From assembly GCA_002500605.1 (NCBI GenBank), contig DLRR01000021.1, forward strand, positions 130,418-194,417: a DNA stretch of 64,000 nucleotides, given 5' to 3'. The translations under genes and the position numbers were made by a program. Numbering within the stretch: the stretch's first letter is position 1; each line of letters begins with the position of its first letter. The notes beneath the pieces are model-generated. The model searched no databases and was not told the DNA's origin. It saw only the letters and a list, made by a program, of their open reading frames with translations. The stretch is from Nitrospinaceae bacterium UBA7883. GTDB taxonomy: Bacteria > Nitrospinota_A > UBA7883. Below, one piece after another: positions 60,750 to 64,000 of this stretch.

Positions 60750-61334
60750 ATGAATATAAGTAAAAAGGGTGCTGTATATATTTCTTCTCTTATGATATCG
60801 GCATTTCTTGTAAGTTGTGTTACGAACGCGGTTACTCAAATGCCATTTCAAACTCATAGCATTAGAAAAGAATCAAAAGATGAACTTAGGAATGTAAAGT
60901 CCGTATATATTGATTTCTTTAAATGTCAATGCGAAGAAACGATACCGTTAATAATCCAAAGTAGCATAATTGAAACATTCCTACCCAACGGGGTCAGCTT
61001 GACGGCCAAAAGAAATGATGCAGAAGCAATAATAGAAGGTGTTATTGCTATAGTCGATGATTCTAAGTCTGGAGTATTTACAGGAGCAAACATTTTTTCT
61101 GGTTCCCATGGTTCTGGCATATATGTCTCAGCAGTTACGGCTAGAGTTACAAACAGAAAAGGAAATATTCTAGCTATGGCTTCTGCAACACAGGTTAGAA
61201 GCAGAGATTGGGTTCCAGACCCACCGCCACTCATTGGAAGATGGGTTGGAGAAAAATTAGTATTCGTTCTTACGGGTAAAGATATATCAAGTCGTCGTCC
61301 TCGGTCTGCTAAAGACTCGAGTTTGCCAAAGTAG
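60750..61334 (+). CDS. Hypothetical lipoprotein
   Basis: ATG 60750 with RBS AAGAGGGAAG. The signal peptide carries the lipobox LVSC. No recognisable family. Confidence 0.45.
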   Translation: MNISKKGAVYISSLMISAFLVSCVTNAVTQMPFQTHSIRKESKDELRNVKSVYIDFFKCQCEETIPLIIQSSIIETFLPNGVSLTAKRNDAEAIIEGVIAIVDDSKSGVFTGANIFSGSHGSGIYVSAVTARVTNRKGNILAMASATQVRSRDWVPDPPPLIGRWVGEKLVFVLTGKDISSRRPRSAKDSSLPK

Positions 61335-61383
61335 TATGTTTTAAGTGGCAATAAGTGTTGGCTGTTCCAAGGACAAAAATAGG

Positions 61384-61860
61384 TTAGAATGAGAGTTGTA
61401 TAGATGCATCTGTCGCGTAGTCAAGAAAGGTAGCGGCTCCACCAACCTCTACACCCTCAATTAGGTCACTCTCTTTCACTCCCATAACATCCATAGTCAT
61501 CTGGCACCCTATCAATTTCACGTTTCCCATTCTACACATTTCAAGTAGGCTTTCAATAGAAGCCACATTCTGTTTACCCATCCAGTTTTTCATCATTCCA
61601 GTTGCCACAGCAGTCATACCGGGTAACATACCAATGATATTTGGCACTGGCATAGGTGCCGCCGGGTTTGCAATAGGCGACACACCCAGTGATTTATTCT
61701 TGTGTTTATTAATGATATCCAGGCCGTAGAAAGTGAAAAAAATTCCCGCCTCCATTTCCATTGCCGCAGCGGTGGAGGCCAAAATAAGTGGTGGGTAAGC
61801 CATGTCTAAAGATCCGTGTACAGCTATAATGGCTATCCGTTTAGGAGTTTCTTCTGACAT
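61384..61860 (-). CDS. DsrE/DsrF-like sulfur-relay family protein
   Basis: RIAIIAVHGSLDMAYPPLILASTAAAMEMEAGIFFTFYGL and a conserved Cys (LIGCQMT). It is paired with tusA. Confidence 0.7.
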   Translation of the reverse strand: MSEETPKRIAIIAVHGSLDMAYPPLILASTAAAMEMEAGIFFTFYGLDIINKHKNKSLGVSPIANPAAPMPVPNIIGMLPGMTAVATGMMKNWMGKQNVASIESLLEMCRMGNVKLIGCQMTMDVMGVKESDLIEGVEVGGAATFLDYATDASIQLSF

Positions 61861-61892
61861 ACCGTCGCCTATGCAAAATTAAAAGTTCTTCA

Positions 61893-62117
61893 TTATCCCT
61901 TTTTTATTGTAAAAGTGTAAACACCATCTGCTTCGCTACTTTCTAAAAGTTCATTTCCTGTTCTTTTGGCCCAGGCAGCAATGTCATTGGCTGATCCGCT
62001 GTCAGTCGCACTCATCTCTAGAATCTGTCCTGCCTCAAGCTCGTTGATCGCCATTTTAGTTCTTAAAACAGGCTCTGGGCAGGAAAGACCTTTGCAATCA
62101 AGTATTTTATCGGCCAT
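61893..62117 (-). CDS. tusA: TusA-like sulfurtransferase
   Basis: LDCKGLSCPEPVLRTKMAI CPxP motif. 74 aa. Confidence 0.85.
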   Translation of the reverse strand: MADKILDCKGLSCPEPVLRTKMAINELEAGQILEMSATDSGSANDIAAWAKRTGNELLESSEADGVYTFTIKKG

Positions 62118-62288
62118 GCAATAACTCCTTTAACAAACGTGGTTGTCATATTTCACAAAATTAACCTTCTCAATCAAGCCTGCTATTTTTGTGCAAGCTA
62201 TGCGTAAAGAGATTACAAGAATACCTACATCCTGTATTATTACCTTACCATATGACAATTGATCTAATAAATACATAGTGAGTTTATT

Positions 62289-62978
62289 ATGGCAAAGTTC
62301 AATCAAATTAACGGGTTAGACAATCCTGTCCCATTATTTCCTCTGCCAAACGTCGTTCTCTTCCCTGGTGTAGACCTATCTCTCCATATCTTTGAGCCTA
62401 GATACCGTGACATGTGTCACGAAGTTTTGAAAAATTCACAGTTGCTAGCAATGGCTAATTTCAAGCCCAATTGGGAAAAAGATTATTACAAGAACCCTGA
62501 AATACACGAGACAGTGTGCGTCGGAAAGGTAGTATTAAGCGAAGAGCTTGAAAATGGAAAATACAATATTACACTTTTGGGAATAACCCGAGCAACGGTA
62601 TTGAGTGAAAATAGGACACGCCCATACCGCGTGGCTACAATTAAACCCATTAGAGATGAGATTCCGCCGGATAATCTAAAGGAAACATATGACAAATGTA
62701 TCCAGGTTATAGATCTTGTTCGCAAATGGGGAAGCAATAGTCAATTATTAGAGATGGGTCTTCCAAATGTGCAAAGAGATGATCCTGAGTCGATTATTAT
62801 CGCCTCGTACAGGATCGCAAGTGCTATAAAATCTAACGCTGAAATAATGCTATTTTTGCGGGAAGCTGAGTCAGTGCTGCAACGGTTTGAATATTCGCAC
62901 AAGTTACTTTCACGGGATTTAGGTGCTGCTGCGTTTCACCAAACCAATAGTTCATTTATGGGGCAGTCGCTAAATTAG
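62289..62978 (+). CDS. Stand-alone Lon protease N-terminal (LON substrate-binding) domain protein
   Basis: PLFPLPNVVLFPGVDLSLHIFEPRYRDM is the canonical Lon-N motif. There is no AAA or protease domain. Confidence 0.7.
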   Translation: MAKFNQINGLDNPVPLFPLPNVVLFPGVDLSLHIFEPRYRDMCHEVLKNSQLLAMANFKPNWEKDYYKNPEIHETVCVGKVVLSEELENGKYNITLLGITRATVLSENRTRPYRVATIKPIRDEIPPDNLKETYDKCIQVIDLVRKWGSNSQLLEMGLPNVQRDDPESIIIASYRIASAIKSNAEIMLFLREAESVLQRFEYSHKLLSRDLGAAAFHQTNSSFMGQSLN

Positions 62979-63017
62979 CAATGTATTATCAACATGTAGA
63001 AAGTACGATAGCCAGCC

Positions 63018-63476
63018 TTAAATAAAATGGTTATAGAACACTGCCATTATCCATGCGAAATTGGCAAGTACCAGCACCACCTTTTCATACATTAAAGTGC
63101 GCTTAGTTAATGCTTTATGCTCATCATCTTTCCCAGCTTTTTTTAGTTTCCGTTTTTTTCCACGCCAGTAAAAGTGCAACAAAGCTCCAATTATTATAGC
63201 TAACCCCCCCAAAGTTATCTTCACTTGAAGCCAAATGGACCCAAATATGATTTCCTGTTTTACCATTAAAAGATAAGTTGCGGTGGCTATCATTAAAATA
63301 ATTATGATGTCTGTGGATAGTCTTATCCGACCATGGATTATTTTTACAGCATGTTCTTTGCCAGGGCTTGGCAAAATTTTACCCATCGCCGGGCCTACCC
63401 CAAGTTGCATGATAACCAGCGTAACGGCAAAAGCTGCCCCACAAAGCATATGGACTACTGTTACTAATTCACTCAT
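63018..63476 (-). CDS. Hypothetical integral membrane protein (4 TM)
   Basis: 152 aa with four hydrophobic segments. Family not recognised. Confidence 0.4.
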   Translation of the reverse strand: MSELVTVVHMLCGAAFAVTLVIMQLGVGPAMGKILPSPGKEHAVKIIHGRIRLSTDIIIILMIATATYLLMVKQEIIFGSIWLQVKITLGGLAIIIGALLHFYWRGKKRKLKKAGKDDEHKALTKRTLMYEKVVLVLANFAWIMAVFYNHFI

Positions 63477-63611
63477 TATTAAATTCCTTTATAATATTTA
63501 CTACCTGGACCAACTCCCAACTAAATTTATGACACGGATTATGAAAATTGATTTATGTGGCAAAAGCAAACTGGAAATCACTGGGTATCAGTAGTTTGAA
63601 GTTAAAAATAA

Positions 63612-64000
63612 CTAACCTGTCTGTTGATTTAGAATTTTTCCTATTTCCTCTTTTTCCTTTTTGGTCATTTTTATCTCCAATGATTTCATGTTGTCCTCAA
63701 CCTGACCAGGGGTATTCATGCCAAGCAAGGCAGAGGTTACGCCTTTTTGGTTAATCACCCAATTAATTGCTAGATGTGACAAAGATATGTTTCTGTCCTC
63801 TGCAAAGGTTTTCAGCTTCTCAATTGTATTAAAAGCTTGACCAAGTTTTCTCTTTTGGAAAATCCCAATCCGACCTCTCTCCCTCCAACCAGTAAACTTT
63901 GAGTTTCTATCATACTTACCGGTCAGAAGCCCGGATGCAAGTGGGCTATATGCCAACACGCCAATATCTTTTTCAACACACACGTCTAATTCATTCCCTA
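63612..64000 (-). CDS. Aldo/keto reductase, C-terminal part; the N-terminus lies beyond the window edge
   Basis: The AKR C-terminal pattern GVLAYSPLASGLLTGKY...ALAINWVINQKGVTSALLGMNTPGQVEDN is present. The frame is open to position 64000. Confidence 0.75.
   Translation of the reverse strand, partial: GNELDVCVEKDIGVLAYSPLASGLLTGKYDRNSKFTGWRERGRIGIFQKRKLGQAFNTIEKLKTFAEDRNISLSHLAINWVINQKGVTSALLGMNTPGQVEDNMKSLEIKMTKKEKEEIGKILNQQTG

Overview
This 64 kb window reads as an ordinary chromosomal segment of a Gram-negative bacterium. Coding density is high, GC looks moderate by eye (not computed), and there are about 60 protein genes, one tRNA, and no transposases, integrases, phage genes or CRISPR arrays. 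Gene order, left to right:

- **LPS / Kdo core locus (1-14.1 kb):** two GT4 glycosyltransferases (minus strand), a DUF2062 membrane protein, a selenocysteine-containing selD, a DUF374 acyltransferase-like gene, waaA (Kdo transferase), an APH-family kinase, tRNA-Leu(CAG), a GT2/ArnC-like gene, a flippase, a SAM methyltransferase, a GT4, a PLD-family protein and a secreted BNR/sialidase-like protein.
- **Fatty-acid and neighbouring genes (14.2-18.9 kb):** fabD-fabG-acpP-fabF-rnc and a QueE-like radical SAM gene.
- **Minus-strand operon (19-26.8 kb):** rseP, lolA-like, purN, a fusion ORF carrying a receiver domain, a degenerate sigma54-type AAA+ domain and a full-length LpxC, an NtrY-like histidine kinase, and DUF4390.
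- **glgB** (minus strand).
- **Long intergenic region** with an orphan terminator and a tandem 25 bp repeat, followed by a porin-like OMP gene, then glnA (with an NtrC-type palindrome upstream) and a small basic cytochrome c.
- **Minus strand:** an acidic membrane protein, a CbpA-like DnaJ and nth.
- **Plus strand:** a DUF523/DUF1722 gene, an M50 protease and trpS.
- **Type II secretion:** a complete gspC-D-E-F-G-H-I-J-K-L-M-N operon (39.6-51.4 kb).
- **TAXI-TRAP** solute receptor and fused permease.
- **Remaining genes:** Nif3, Ppx/GppA, an MTAP-family phosphorylase, an MtaD-like amidohydrolase, pgi, a lipoprotein, a DsrE-like/TusA pair, a stand-alone Lon N-domain protein, a membrane protein, and a truncated aldo/keto reductase at the right edge.

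The most unusual element is the receiver + dead sigma54-AAA + LpxC fusion encoded directly after an NtrY-like kinase. It implies two-component phospho-control of the committed lipid A step.
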